Assembly (NCBI GenBank): GCA_003971905.1
Contig: RSEE01000032.1
Span: forward strand, 248,001 to 312,000
Direction: 5' to 3'
Source of the DNA: Moniliella sp. 'wahieum'
Taxonomy: Eukaryota
DNA length: 64,000 bases
The notes under the pieces were generated by a model. That model was not told the DNA's origin and ran no database searches. It saw nothing but the letters and a program-made list of their open reading frames with translations. Positions 13,169 to 25,671 of the stretch are shown here, in pieces (position 1 is the first letter of the stretch; each line of letters opens with the position of its first letter). The translations under genes and the position numbers were made by a program.

Positions 13169-13267
13169 AGGCTGCAGCCGGGATCGAACCGACGACCTGC
13201 GGCAACTACAAGTCGTGTGTAACACGCTCGCCGAAGACCGCCACTCTGGCCACTGAGTTATGCAACC
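13169..13267 (-). tRNA. tRNA-Arg(TCG) with 26-nt intron (13205-13230)
   Basis: Minus strand: acceptor GGTTGCA/TGCAGCC, D-stem ACTC/GAGT, anticodon arm GCGGT-CT-TCG-G...T-GCCGC, T-arm GTCGGTTCGATCCCGGC, then a T-rich terminator. Confidence 0.88.
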
Positions 13268-13731
13268 CTTGTTGTACTGCTGGTTTAACACAAAATTATA
13301 TGTCGTTGCCAGTGAGGCCATCGCTTGTATTGCTTGTCGCGAGTGGCGTCTACGTCCCTTTCTCTGGTACCAGTAGCACCCCCATACACACTTCAACTTT
13401 CGTGATTGATGAAGCGATGCGACCCAATGTTAATTGATCGTTTGCTTCATTATCCCCAATATGACCCAGAACCCTGGAGTGAAGCCCTACACAAGATGCC
13501 ACTGGCAAGGCGCAAAAAATGCGCCCTTGCATCAATGGGAAAATGGCTCGGCAACAACGAAAGGTATTGAAGCTAGAAGCTCAAGGCAAGCCTGGAGGGC
13601 GACCTTCCTGACCAGTAAAGCGGAACCGGGAAGCTGGTGCTCTGTAGCTGTCTAATTTGAGAAAGGTTGGGTGAACAAGAGACGAGACGGGGGGGGAGGG
13701 GGTTACAGGAGTAGGGGCTAGGCATGAGCAA

Positions 13732-14590
13732 TCACGTTGAGAAGGCCCGTGCCATCGCCGGTGTTGCGGGTCGCGAGTGAGTGGGAGTCGGCGGCAAGCT
13801 CTGGAGCGGCGTGGCAGAGGGCATGATCTTAAGACGAAGCCGATCCAGCACAGGGAGCTTCGGGAATACACCGACGAGTGTAGCGATAAAGTTGATCGAG
13901 AAGGTCCAGGGGTTGTAGTGAGTGTAGTGGGTCGCGACAAGGAAGCTGTGCAGATGGTGGGTTAGCGACTCTTGCTTCATATTTGAGAGAGAAAGCACGT
14001 ACAGCATAATCGGGAGGGAGGTGAGCCACTTTTTTGTTGGCGTGAAGTGGGCACCATCATCAATCTGTTCCCACAGTGTCAGGCCGTCGTAAGCCCCCGC
14101 ATTGGACTCAAAGGGGGTGCCAGTGACATAGTGGAACATGATATAGGAAATCTGGGTGAAATAAGTCAGTTTCTGACCTGAACATCCTGGCGCGAGAATA
14201 CGCACCACTGCGTAGCCGACGCAAACGAGCGTCCAGCTCAGGTCCGACGTCATGCCCGGAAGCACGTCAAGCAGGATCTTGGAAAAGATGATAAGGACAA
14301 CGTGGATGACCCAAGCACCTACAAGTTTGTCAGAACTGGTTGCATCTCCGACTCCAGGTATGTGGATGTGGCGTGTGCCGCAGGGGGATGCGGGGTAAGG
14401 GCGTACCTTTGTAGTTAACCCAGTCTGCATTGGCATTGAAGCCGGCATTCTGGTCGAGCAGCTGCTCGGGCGTCTCGTCAACCTTGGTTACGGTTACTAG
14501 CGACGCACGGCGGTCTACTCCAGAGGGAGAGCGCTGAGTGAGGGTAGCATCGGTAACTTCGATGCGCGGGAGTGGAGGGGACGGGGCCAT
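13732..14590 (-). CDS. ORM1: ORM1/ORMDL sphingolipid-synthesis regulator (3 introns)
   Basis: NANADWVNYKG|AWVIHVVLI, YIMFHYVTGTPFESNAGAYDGLTLWEQID, FTPTKKWLTSLPI, FLVATHYTHY, PKLPVLDRLR. Confidence 0.93.
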
Positions 14591-15566
14591 GGCGGTGGTG
14601 GGGGAAGAGGATGAAGTGGGACACATCCGCCGCTGGCTACCTGCGCACGTTGGGGCCTAGCGTCCAACGCTAGGCGAATAACCGCCCTACTTGCCCCATG
14701 GGAGCCGGCTGCACAGGGTCAGTGCCGCCTGCGCGCGCCGCCCCATCAGTAGGGTTTGGTTCTGAAATGTACAAGCCACAGGTATCCAGCTGGTACGACC
14801 CAGCACCCAGCAGCCAGCAAGCCGGCCCCCCAGGGCTTTTCCTTCAGCTGCTTCGGCTCGTGTGCAGATGTCAATGTGTTGAAGCACAACCCCACTCCCC
14901 CTCGCATATGGGCAAGCTGGCTTGGACCACGGCATGGTTGGCAGCCCGTCCATGTCATCTGCATCTCCTAGTCAGTGCAGGCAGTGGTCTACAACCCTAA
15001 CCGATACTTCCATCATGGTCTCATCGAAGCAACTCTGGAGCTCTTGCACGAGCCACCCTTCTTGCGCCACGAACGCTGGCTGCAAGCAATGCATCAGTCA
15101 TTCTGAGAGCTAGCCCTAAGGCCTAAGGCTTAACCATCCTACAGTCATGTTTGGGGTCAACTGATTCACCATCCCGGAAGATGGAGGAATATCAGCCCTC
15201 CTCGACTGAAGTGCCGTTTCAGGCCTTCAGCCGTCTTCACTACTGTTGCCCTCCAAGAGCACAGACCCTGCTTATAACGCGCAACTACGTCAAGCGCATT
15301 TGGTTGTATAATGCATGATGCAGGATCGCGTGACCAGCAACCTAGAACATACATATCTGTTTTGGTGTGCACGTATCCCGCGGGAAGGAACGCGCGCTGC
15401 GGCCTCTTCTCTCGCTAGGTCCAGCTTGAGAGAAGCAACACTGCATCAGTTGTTCAGGACAGGCCCCGGGAATACAAATCCTCGGGAGAAGGATTGAAAG
15501 GTGGATGGGGAGCAGACGTTGCTGCTCCCATGGACCCGCTCCAACAACAGTAGGAAGAAGAGCTGT

Positions 15567-15958
15567 TTAGTTCTCCTCCGAGCGAACCCGGGCGTTGGCG
15601 TTGGTCACCTTGACGCCGAGAGCCTTGGCCTGCTCAAGGATCAGTACGCGCTTCTTGGAAGAAACGTTGTGAGCAATCTCGGCAGCGTAAGTCGTGTTGT
15701 GCATGAGCAGCAGGCTCACGTCCTGAGGGTTGGACACGACGAAGCGACGGAAGCCGTTGGGCATCAGGTAGCGCGTCTTCTTGTTCGAGCCGTACCCAAT
15801 CTTAGGCATCTTGGTGACGTCGCGGAAACGGCGACGAACGACCGAGTCAATACCCTTGGGCTTGCGCCACGAGGTCGCGAGACGCTTGTAGCGGTCCGCA
15901 TGGTGGCGGTAAACTTCTTGGTCCGCTTTTTGACGATGGGGATGGTGGTGGCCGCCAT
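15567..15958 (-). CDS. RPL32: 60S ribosomal protein L32 (eL32)
   Basis: [49 protein letters not shown]; 5' UTR intron (gtgagt...ctgcag) just upstream of the ATG. Confidence 0.97.
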
Positions 15959-16408
15959 TTTTGACTGCAGAAGAGTGTCAGTTCTCGGCCTTTTACCGTC
16001 TACACAGAGAGACCAAACGACGCTGGCGAGAACAGGGTAAGTGCTCTGAGATGCGACAACTCACCTCTTGTTGCGTCGGTCGGGCTGGTGGTGACAAGCC
16101 TCGACCTGCCGAAGCCAACCCGGATGAGCCCTTGTGGTCAAGGGGAACGATCGTTCTGGCTGCCGCAGCTGTCGCAAGGGGGCAGTGTGCAGAAAATGTT
16201 TAAATTGATCAATACTGCTCCAGTGCGTAGGCCGCAGGCTCATCTTCCCCAACCCTACCACGCGCAACCCTATCTCCTGCAAGGCCGCTTGCATTGGGCG
16301 CATCCAGCGAGACGCCCATCTTCACACACTGGGTAGTCAAGGCGAAGGTGAGTTTGGTCGGCATCGACGTTGACCGCGGTGTAGATTGCTGACCGTGGCG
16401 CAGGAACC

Positions 16409-17022
16409 ATGTCATCCATGCCTGCTTCACCCGTCGTGATTGACGGAAAGGGCCACCTGCTCGGCCGTTTGGCTTCGGTTGTGGCCAAGCAGGCCCTTTC
16501 GGGCCAGGCTGTGTGGTTGTCCGCTCGGAACTCATCAACGTGTCGGGCAGCTTCTTCCGCAACAAGTTGAAGTACCATGCTTACCTTCACAAGACTCACT
16601 GCTACAACCCCTCTAAGGGCGGGCCTTGGCACGAGCGTGCGCCTTCGCGCATCCTCCACAAGGCCATCCGTGGCATGATTCCCCACAAGACTGCTCGTGG
16701 CAAGGCGGCTTTGGCCAAGATCACTCTTCTGGAGGGTGTTCCCTCGCCTTACGACGCCAAGAAGAAGGTTGTCGTCCCGGCTGCCCTCCGTGTGCTCCGC
16801 CTTAAGCCCGGCCGCAATTATGCTACCCTTAAGCGCATCTCTTCCGAGTTTGGCTGGAAGTATGAGGGTGTCGTGGCGAAGCTGGAGGAGAAGCGTCTTG
16901 TGCGCGCAGCTGCCTACCAGGAGCGCAAGGTGGCTGCCCTCAAGAAGAAGCAAGCTGCTCTTGCTGGCGCTACCGGTGCGCTTGCTGAGGTCAACCAGAA
17001 GTTGGCTGTGTATGGTTTCTAA
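16409..17022 (+). CDS. RPL16: 60S ribosomal protein L16/L13a (uL13)
   Basis: [55 protein letters not shown]; 5' UTR intron 16348-16403. Confidence 0.97.
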
Positions 17023-17666
17023 ATCAGCCCTCGCGTTCGCTCTCGTGGTGGGCCCGCCCCCAACTCTTACGCTGCCCTTTTCAAAGGCGGATCTCTCTGG
17101 CGCGGCCCTGCCGTGCGTGACTTGCTGGGATTATTCCCTTCATATGGATCGTTTGGTCTCTCCTTCCATGTACTCCAATGCACCACACCTAATCTCGACT
17201 CGACGAGGTGCGCACTGCACCGAAAAAAATACACCGAGAAGCACTCTGGAAAAGAGATGTTCATACCGCCACGCTTGCACGACGTTTGCAGTATTAGTTT
17301 TGGTGATGCATAATGGAAAGCGATGAGATCGCCCAAGGTTTCCATGTTGGGCGTTCCCGACGAAAGCACGAAGCGCGGGCCAGCTTGTAGGTGCGCCGTG
17401 CACACATGCGGAATGTGACGACCAACGAAGGACTGCAGTTGACTGGCAACGATTAACACTAAGGCTTAGCGCTTAGCCTAAGCGATTATCAATGAAGAAG
17501 GCGACCACCTGCATCATCGATGAGATCATCCTTCATTGAGCATTGTGGGTTTGACTGCAGTTGAACGTAGCAATGCCGTAAGCGAGCTAGCTAGTGACTC
17601 TCAGCAGGTCTCACTCCTACAGCCCACCTTGCTATCGATAATCCTTCCTCCCCACCCCCCACCCCC

Positions 17667-19427
17667 ATGTCCCCCCTAGACATCGACCTGGCTGCTGTCG
17701 GGCTGAATGATGCCCCGGAAGTAACGTACCTTACTCCTCCGGGCCCCTCCTTACTCGCCCTCCCCCCACTGTTGCCCAGGAGGTGGGGAAGCTCGAAGAG
17801 CTCCCGCCAGTCAAAAGTACTTGGCTCGACAAGTTCATCTTCCTTGGCACGGGCACATCGGGCCAAGTGCCGGCTATCCAATGCCTCACCCACGCTTTTG
17901 AGCCTGAGGACGGGCAGGTGCGCAAGTACAAACCTTGCGCTTCGTGCCACGATGTGATGATCAACGGCAACATGAGCCGCAACCGTCGCACTTGCACTGC
18001 GGCCGTGATTGTGGGCGGTGCTAAGCATGGTGAAGGTGTTGGGCGGAGGTCTGACCAAACAACCATCTTAATTGACTGTGGGCCCACCTTTTACGAGGCT
18101 GCCTTCAAGGCTTGGGCAGCTCATGATCTGCGCGCCATTGACGCTGTCTTGCTCACTCATGGGCATGCTGATGCCGTGTTGGGCTTGGATCATCTGCGCG
18201 CCTGGACAATTGGGAGGGCGGTGCAGAGCCACGTGGATGTCTACCTTTCCAAGGCCACTTTCGATGTGGTGAGCAATATGTTCCCCTATCTTGCCGACCC
18301 GAGCAAAGCCACAGGCGGTGGAGGTGTGGGGCAACTGCGCTGGCACATTATCGACCCGCAGCAGCCCTCCTTTACCATCTCCCCTGATGGCAAGAGCCCT
18401 GTGGAGGTGGTCCCCCTTCCGGTTTCGCATGGCCTCACTCCGGACGGGGGCGCATTTGAGTTTGTTGGATGGCGCGTGGGGGAACTGAGTTATGTGTCGG
18501 ACTGTGTACGTCTTCTCTCGCTCGACAACTTCCGAGTAATGTTTTTCTGGTCCATCCAGCTGACATCTGAGTTTTGGAAAGAACGAGATCCCACCTTCAA
18601 CGGTTGCTCGAATGCAAGGGTCGGAGGTTGTCGTGATTGATGCGCTCAAGTGGAGCCGGCATTTGTCGCATTACTCAATTGATCAGGCAGTCCAGTTCAG
18701 CCTCCAACTGGCCAACCCCCCACCACCTCTTTCTACCCCAACCCCCATTGAGGAAACGCAGCCGGCTCTTGATAAGGAGCCACATCCTCAAGGCGTATTG
18801 CGCCGCCTGAGCCGCACTTTGGGTTATCATTCCACCGAGAGCACATCCGATGCTCCCGTTGTGGCTAAGCCAGCCGAGGCCGTCGACGCCAACGTTGGAC
18901 TAACTCTTGGTCTGGACCCCACCAACCCGCTAAAATTGGTCCTCATGACAGATATGACCCATCACGTCGAGCACTGGGCTCTAACCAAGCAACTGAACCA
19001 ATGGGAAGGAGACATGCGTTTGATTGCCCAGGTGGCCCAAGCGCAAGTGGATCGCGTCGAGCGCGAACAAGGGTCCGAAGCCGCTGCCGCTCTGCGACAG
19101 AGCATGCTCCGGGCATGCCCCGATGTGGGTAGCGGGTGGGCAATCCCTCCTGTCGCACGCGGCCCATACAGCAAGATGGTGCCCCAGCAGCGGACACCAC
19201 AAGCCACCAAGGGTGCGTGCTGGTGGCATCCCTACTGGAAAGAGAACGAATCGGAAGGGACAGGTCGACTGCAGACCAAGCTGGTGAACAGTACCGTGCG
19301 CGAGCAAGTGGAGCAATTGGTGAAGCAGGCTCAGACTGAGACGACGGCCCACAGCAGCACCTCGCCAGGCTTCCATGTCCCAGCATTCCGTGTGGGGTAT
19401 GACCAGCAAGTCATTACCTTCCAGTAA
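17667..19427 (+). CDS. Metallo-beta-lactamase-fold hydrolase (PhnP-like)
   Basis: FLGTGTSGQVP, C..C, RNRR, ILIDCG, THGHADAVLGLD (HxHxDx), PVSHG, YVSD, HLSHYS, DMTHHVEH, terminal VGYDQ; intron about 18506-18581. Confidence 0.88.
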
Positions 19428-19785
19428 CAGTGTGGGCATGGATCACTTTTGTTTTGACCCTCTAACCATCTTGTTTGCATTCTTAGGCTAAAATAGACTC
19501 CATAGATAGGATTAGGGAGGGTCATGTTGTTCAAGCAAGCTAGACTGGCCCCAGTGACGAAACGCACATCCATTAAAAGTACATGTCCCAGCTAACTGCT
19601 CAAACCACATAATGCTGCTACTTCTGTACGGGTGGCAGTATACGCTTATCCAAGCACAAGTCATAAAGCATCACATTTCCCCCTTGGTTTCTTCATCGGC
19701 TTAGTACACAGCGATGGTGGGGCGTGTAGAAACGTTGTACGGGCATATCTGTAGAAACAAGAAACCCAGCCAGGGCACAAAAGAT

Positions 19786-20953
19786 TTACTTGTCCACATC
19801 AAGCACGATGCGACCAGCCAGCTTGCCTTCGTGCATCTCCTTGTATACTTCGTTGAGCTGAGAAAGACCACGCATGTGGTAAATGACCTTGACCTTGCCC
19901 CGCTCGGCGAGGCGAAGGGCTTCGATGGCGTCCTGGCGGTTGCCTACAATGGAACCAACGATGCGTTTGGCAGTGACGGTGGTGTCGAAGACATCAGCTT
20001 TGATAAAGGTGCCCGGAGGCATGCCGACAGCCACGAGGGTGCCGCGCGGACGGATGTAGGCGAGACCTTGGCTGTAAGCCGCTTCGGCCGCCGCGGCCAC
20101 AACGGCCGCATGAGCACCCAGACCGCCAGTCAAGGCCTTGATGTCGCTCACAGTGTCCTTGGATTCTTTGAAGTCGAGCCAGGCATCCGCACCCATTTGC
20201 TTCACCAGCGCCTTCTTTTCGGCGCCAGTGTCGATGCCAATCACACGGTATCCCATCGCCACAGCAAACTGTACGCCCAAATGGCCCAGACCACCACCGG
20301 CACCAGGGATGACAACCCAGTCGCCAACGTTCAGGTTGGCCTCCTTGAGCGCACGGTAAATCGTCACACCGGCGCACAAGATCGGGGCGGCATCAACCAG
20401 CGGCAGGTCGTCAGGGATGGGCGTGACGTATTTGGCAGGGGCCACGACGTATTGCTGGAAGGTACCATCAACGTGGTACCCCGAGTTCTGGAGATGGACA
20501 CAGTTGGGCTCAAAGCCCAGGCGACAGTACTCGCAGTTGAGGCAGGCGGATGCGACCCATTTAATGCCCACACGTTCGCCCTTGGACACCCATTCATCCG
20601 AACCGGTGCCAAGCTTGACCACCACACCAGCACCCTCGTGTCCTCCCAAAGCGGTTCCCCCGTCGATTCAAGCTTGGTGGGGAGAGGCCAGTCGCCCAGG
20701 AGAGCGTGCAGATCGCTGTCTACATGTCAGTTGTCCTGTTTAAACCATGCACAACAGCGGGTGTGGTGAAGAGGAGGGCAACATACGTGTGACAGACACC
20801 GGTGTAGGTGATGCGGACGAGGACTTCGCCAGGCTTGAGCTCAACCTTGTTGGGGTCGTACTTGACAAACTTGATCGGGCCACCGATCTTGTCAAAGATG
20901 GCTTTGACGGCTGTGTTGGGCACGTCCAGTTGCTGTTCACGGACGTCGGTCAT
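19786..20953 (-). CDS. ADH: Zinc-dependent alcohol dehydrogenase, paralog A (intron 20716-20786)
   Basis: GVCHTDLHA, GHEGAG, CLNCEYC..C, APILCAGVT, PGAGGGLGHL, AGRIVLDVDK*. Confidence 0.95.
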
Positions 20954-21034
20954 GATGTGCAATAAAGAGGAGGTAAAAGGTGGGAGAGATGGAGCTGATG
21001 GTGGATCGTCGTGAGGGGAAGGCGTGTGTAGGGC

Positions 21035-21043
21035 TATTTATAT
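21035..21043 (-). promoter_or_regulatory. Candidate TATA box of ADH paralog A
   Basis: TATAAATA on the minus strand about 85 bp upstream of the ATG. Confidence 0.5.
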
Positions 21044-23635
21044 TCGTATCAAGGGGAGAAAGGCGTATCTGACGAGAGGCGTGCACGGATTCTGATGCCA
21101 GGCATAGGTACAGGGGGGAGCTATAGCCATTGGATCGCACTTCCTTTGCTGGTTTGTGCGCACGACACCAGCAGCGCAGCGACAGCTGCTGCTGTTCGGG
21201 TTCTCAGCGCTCTCAGCATATGCACGAAACCACAGGAACAGACTTAGGAACTGCTGAGCCAAAGCTCTCAGCTGCTGAGGAAAAAATCATCATGCCACAT
21301 GCACCTCAGGTCGCGCAAGACATAGTCATAGGAGAAGGCTCGTACACGACGCCACTGGTACATCAAGGGAAGCAAAACGTAACACCAACACGGATGTATC
21401 AGTTTGCTGCAGACATCCGTGCCCCATGACGATGAAGAAGCTGGTGGGCTGGCTGTGGCTTATATCAATGACAGAAGTGACTGTGTAGTGTATACAACCA
21501 GATTACAATCGACATCCGGATACAGGCGGAGGGAAACGCCGTGCTGAGAGAGCGCACTGACCAGACTTTTAGCCAGAGCCATCAGCCTGTTGTCAGCTGT
21601 CAGCGCTCAGCGCATGAGTGCATGTGAGCACTCAAATGCTTGGACCTAGCTGAGTGGGTCGACAACGCTCTGACCCCAGAAAATGGATCTAGAAGGATGA
21701 GATGGTGGAATGGGCAGTCATTGACTTTCGAGTAAATGAAGACGGCGGAATCAAAACGAAAATCCTCCACACCAGGACTACTTGGAAGCCAAAAGAAGCT
21801 GAGGTAAAGAAAGACTTAGAAGCAGGCAGCATCACCTTCTCATAACTCTCCGTGGTGCTTGGTGGCATTTTACAGAGGGGATCACTCAGGACAGAGTGGG
21901 TATAGACGTGGTGGAGGTGTCATTGGTTATGGAAATGGACGGATAGCCCCAACAAGGGGGGGGTGCGGAACTGAGGCGGAACGGAGCCGCCTGGTGCAAG
22001 GCTATTACTGACGACCCACGCGTGTGTGCAGCTCAGTACTTACAGCTTGTAATCGTCAACTTGGGTTCAACTGAGTACTGAAGGAACGTTCAACGTCGAA
22101 GTTCAAGCTTCATCGGTCAACGTTCTGCGGGGATGCAGACGCAGACAGAAGGTGAAGACAGATGGGTGGAGGGAGGGAAGAAAGGAGTGAACCCATCTGA
22201 CAGGTACGACCTCGGGGCGGAACTAGCCCGGAATAGTTTGACGTAACGTTCAAACGTTCAGCACCAGGCACCTCAACATTTCAACTGAGGCCAGCCAATC
22301 AGCACGTGCGTCAGAAGAGGAGAGGATGGATGATGCATGATGATCGATGACGATTGCTGTCGCAACGCGCCGAGCTGAGGCGCAGCAGCGCAGCTCAGAG
22401 GCTCAGATCCCAGAGCTCAGAGAGAGCTCAGAACCGCGGCTCAGGGCTGGATGCGTCGCTTGTTGCACTAACGCCGCACCGGTGCAGAGGCAGTCTGCCC
22501 CCGCCGGGACCCCGCAAGTGTCCGCAGCTGTGCTAGCATTATGACACGGCAGATGGCCCTCTAGCCGCGGCGCCCTGGCCTGGCACGCCCTGGCTGACGT
22601 GGGCTAGGAGTGACTGGACCAGCTCTCCTGTGTCTGGTCGCTGGTCGCTAGCCGGCGTGTGGGGCCTGTTGCTGCCTCCACTGCCCTTGTGCCCCTGGCG
22701 CCCACCCAGCGCAGCTCGTCCGGATCAACTGTCGCGCTGCCCCGTGGGCCTTACATGTTACACAGGGTACCGCTCGTTGGGCCACCCCGGGGCCGCGGAT
22801 CCCACCGTTTTTGGGCGTCTCCCTTTGTCCCCAAGGATTAGAATGAGCCTCTCTCCACCCCGCGTGGGATCCGACGGCAATTCGGCTCTACACAGCGTGT
22901 CGTACCCCGCACGCATTGTTACGCAGCCTCGGTAACTGCGTGGGGTTCCGGCGGCACCAGCCCCTCCACCACACAACCACAGAATGCTTGAAGCCGGTGG
23001 GATGGGGGTGCAATCGGCATAATGGGAATGATCAATTCGATCAATGTTAATGACCACCCAAGGCCCAGCAGCGTTCGCGGCACACCCAACCGCCCCGCGC
23101 CCGCCGCAAGCCCCCGCTCCGGCGTAGGGGGTGTGTGCGCATAGCATACAAGACTGTCGTCGTGCCTTCTTCTCCAAGTAGGGGGCGCTGCATGGATCTG
23201 TCCCATCCACTGCCGATAAGTGGGTGGCCTCCACTTGGCGAGGGATCAAGCTCAAGGTGGCCCAGTGCCCAATTCGAACAGCACAGTCTCGGGCTGTACC
23301 AGCTGTACCTGACCTGAACGTTCAACCGAACGTACGTTATTGATCGTTGAGTACGAAAACGTGTTCCAAAAGCCACAGCCTCTGGTGCCTCGGAGACTGG
23401 GCCTGCGCCTTCTACCCTGTTTCTTGTTGCCATCTAATGGCACGCTGCGGTTAACTGGCTGGTCCGGCTGAACCCTGGGAGCATGATGCAGGTTATATGA
23501 CCTGATGACTGGCCCAGAGAGAGCGTCGGGTAGCACGGGCCCAGCCATGGGGAGATTGCTATCGCCGAAAGGGGTTCGCTCTCTCCCCACACAGTCGTAG
23601 GCTTAGGGCGTGCGCCTGTGGCGTAGGCCCCTGGG

Positions 23636-23643
23636 TATAAAAG
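23636..23643 (+). promoter_or_regulatory. Candidate TATA box of ADH paralog B
   Basis: TATAAAAG about 90 bp upstream of the ATG. Confidence 0.55.
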
Positions 23644-23730
23644 CGGCCGAAAGATGTCGTTCGACTTGCTCCCATCATCCCCACCACCCCCTCCACCCCC
23701 ACCACTACTACTTTCATCTTCCCTACCACC

Positions 23731-24894
23731 ATGACCGCCGACATTCGCGAGACGCAGCTCGACGTGCCCCAGGCTGCCACCAAGGCTGTCTTCACCAAGA
23801 AGGGTGGGCCCATTGAGTTTGTCAAGTACGACCCTTCGGCCATCCAGCTCAAGGAGGGTGAGGTGCTGGTGCGCATTACCTACTCGGGCGTCTGCCACAC
23901 GTATGTTTCCTTCTTGCCGTTCTCGATATTTCGGCAGCATGAGTGGCTGACCCTTATTGTACAGTGACCTGCACGCCATGCTTGGCGACTGGCCCTTGGC
24001 GACCAAGGTGGAGGCGACGGGCGAGCCCCTGGTTGGAGGCCACGAGGGTGCGGGTGTGGTTGTCAAGCTCGGTACTGGTTCGGACCAATGGGTCAAGAAG
24101 GGCGACCGCGTGGGCATCAAGTGGGTTGCGGATGCTTGCCTTAACTGCGACTACTGCCGCGTTGGCTATGAGTCCAACTGCATCCACCTGCAGAACTCGG
24201 GATACACGGTCGACGGCACGTTCCAGCAATACGTTGTCTCGACGGCCAAGTATGTGACCAAGATTCCGGACGGTCTGGCTCTTGTCGACGCTGCGCCGAT
24301 CCTGTGCGCCGGTGTCACCATCTACCGTGCCCTGAAGGAGGCCAAGCTCGAGCCTGGTCAGTGGGTTGTCCTGCCCGTGTGCGGCGGCGGTCTGGGCCAC
24401 TTGGGTGTGCAGTACGCCGCAGCCTTTGGCTACCGTGTCATTGCCATTGACACGGGTGCGGAGAAGAAGGCGTTGGTCGAGAAGTTGGGTGCCGACGCCT
24501 GGATTGACTTTAAGGAGTCGAAGGATATTGTGGCCGACGTCAAGGCGCTGACGGATGGGCTGGGTGCGCATGCGGCCGTTGTCGCTGCTGCCAGTGACTC
24601 GGCCTACACCCAGGGCCTGGCTTACATTCGCCCGCGCGGCACCCTTGTCACTGTCGGCATGCCTCCCGGTACGGTGATCAAGGCCGACGTGTTCGACACG
24701 ACCGTCACCGCCACGACGATTGTTGGCTCCATGTCGGCAACCGGCAGGACGCCATCGAGTCGCTCGCCCTTGCCGAGCGCGGCAAGGTCAAGGTGATCTA
24801 CCAGCTCAAGGGCCTCTCGGAGCTCAACTCGGTGTACGACGACATGCACCATGGCAAGCTTGCCGGCCGTATCGTGCTGGACGTTGACAAGTAA
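23731..24894 (+). CDS. ADH: Zinc-dependent alcohol dehydrogenase, paralog B (intron 23901-23964)
   Basis: Same Zn ligands and same C-terminus as paralog A; intron interrupts the same CHT|DLH codon. Confidence 0.95.
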
Positions 24895-25631
24895 ATCAGG
24901 CGGACGCATCCATGCTGATCATGTGTTGATATATCTAAACAAGTGCAACGTTGTACATGCTGCATGCACCAAATGGGGTCCATAGTGCACCTTGCTACAG
25001 TAGAGCCTCTTCGATGTCACGTTGGTAAGAATGCGCCACGATGAGAGAGTCTGATAGACGAAGCCTTTGTCAGGTCTATTCCCGTTTGAAAAATGCTATA
25101 TGGAAACAGTATACGCATCAGTGCGCATAGCAAAATCAATAGCGGGAGAGCGCCGATGCCCTCGTTCAAAACGTTTTGTTCAACGTCTTGTGGTAGTGAG
25201 ATAAAAGTTGATCAGGACGGGTGCTGAAAACTGGTCTCCTCAAGCTCTCCAGCTTCAAGACTTGGAGTAAGGACACCGTTGCTGAATTCCAAGAGGGAGG
25301 CCTTGAGCAGCTTGAGCCGCACCCTCGAACCTAGGCACTTGCGGCTGGCCTTGCCCATGTTGGGTGGCCCGAACGCAAAAGCAAGGTGGAGCGCGGGGCC
25401 AACGTGTCCACTCTACGCTCACCTAGTGGATTGCATCTGAAATGTGAAACGACAATAGAAACCCTAACCAACCTAGCCCCTATGGCTGGTACCGCTGGCT
25501 CAGTCTACGGCACGTGACCACGTGACATCTGACATGATGACGCGGTGGAAACTTGAAGTTTGATGCATGACGCGCATGACGACCGATGATCGATGAACGA
25601 AGGGGCTAGCAGTTCCAAGCAGGGGATAGGT

Positions 25632-25671
25632 GGGGCAGGAGAGGGCAGGAGAGGGCAGGAGAGGGCAGGAG
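25632..25671. repeat. 10-bp tandem repeat (GGGCAGGAGA) x4
   Basis: Directly visible in intergenic DNA. Confidence 0.85.

Noticed and set aside
14993..15002. AACCCTAACC telomere-like words (also about 25460)
   Set aside because: Fewer than two repeat units; not an interstitial telomere tract or a Cnl1-style telomeric target.
19714..20769. Long antisense ORFs over ADH (also over RPL16, CHS and the CRAL-TRIO gene)
   Set aside because: Shadow ORFs expected from GC-rich codon bias of the real gene on the opposite strand.
24370..24400. ADH paralog B nucleotide-binding motif reads PVCGGGLG rather than PGAGGGLG
   Set aside because: Explicable by compensating indel errors; not reliable evidence of altered cofactor use.
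19780..24900. Stop-codon readthrough (TGA-CTA) giving peroxisomal ADH isoforms
   Set aside because: Both ADH genes end in TAA-ATC, which is not the known readthrough context.
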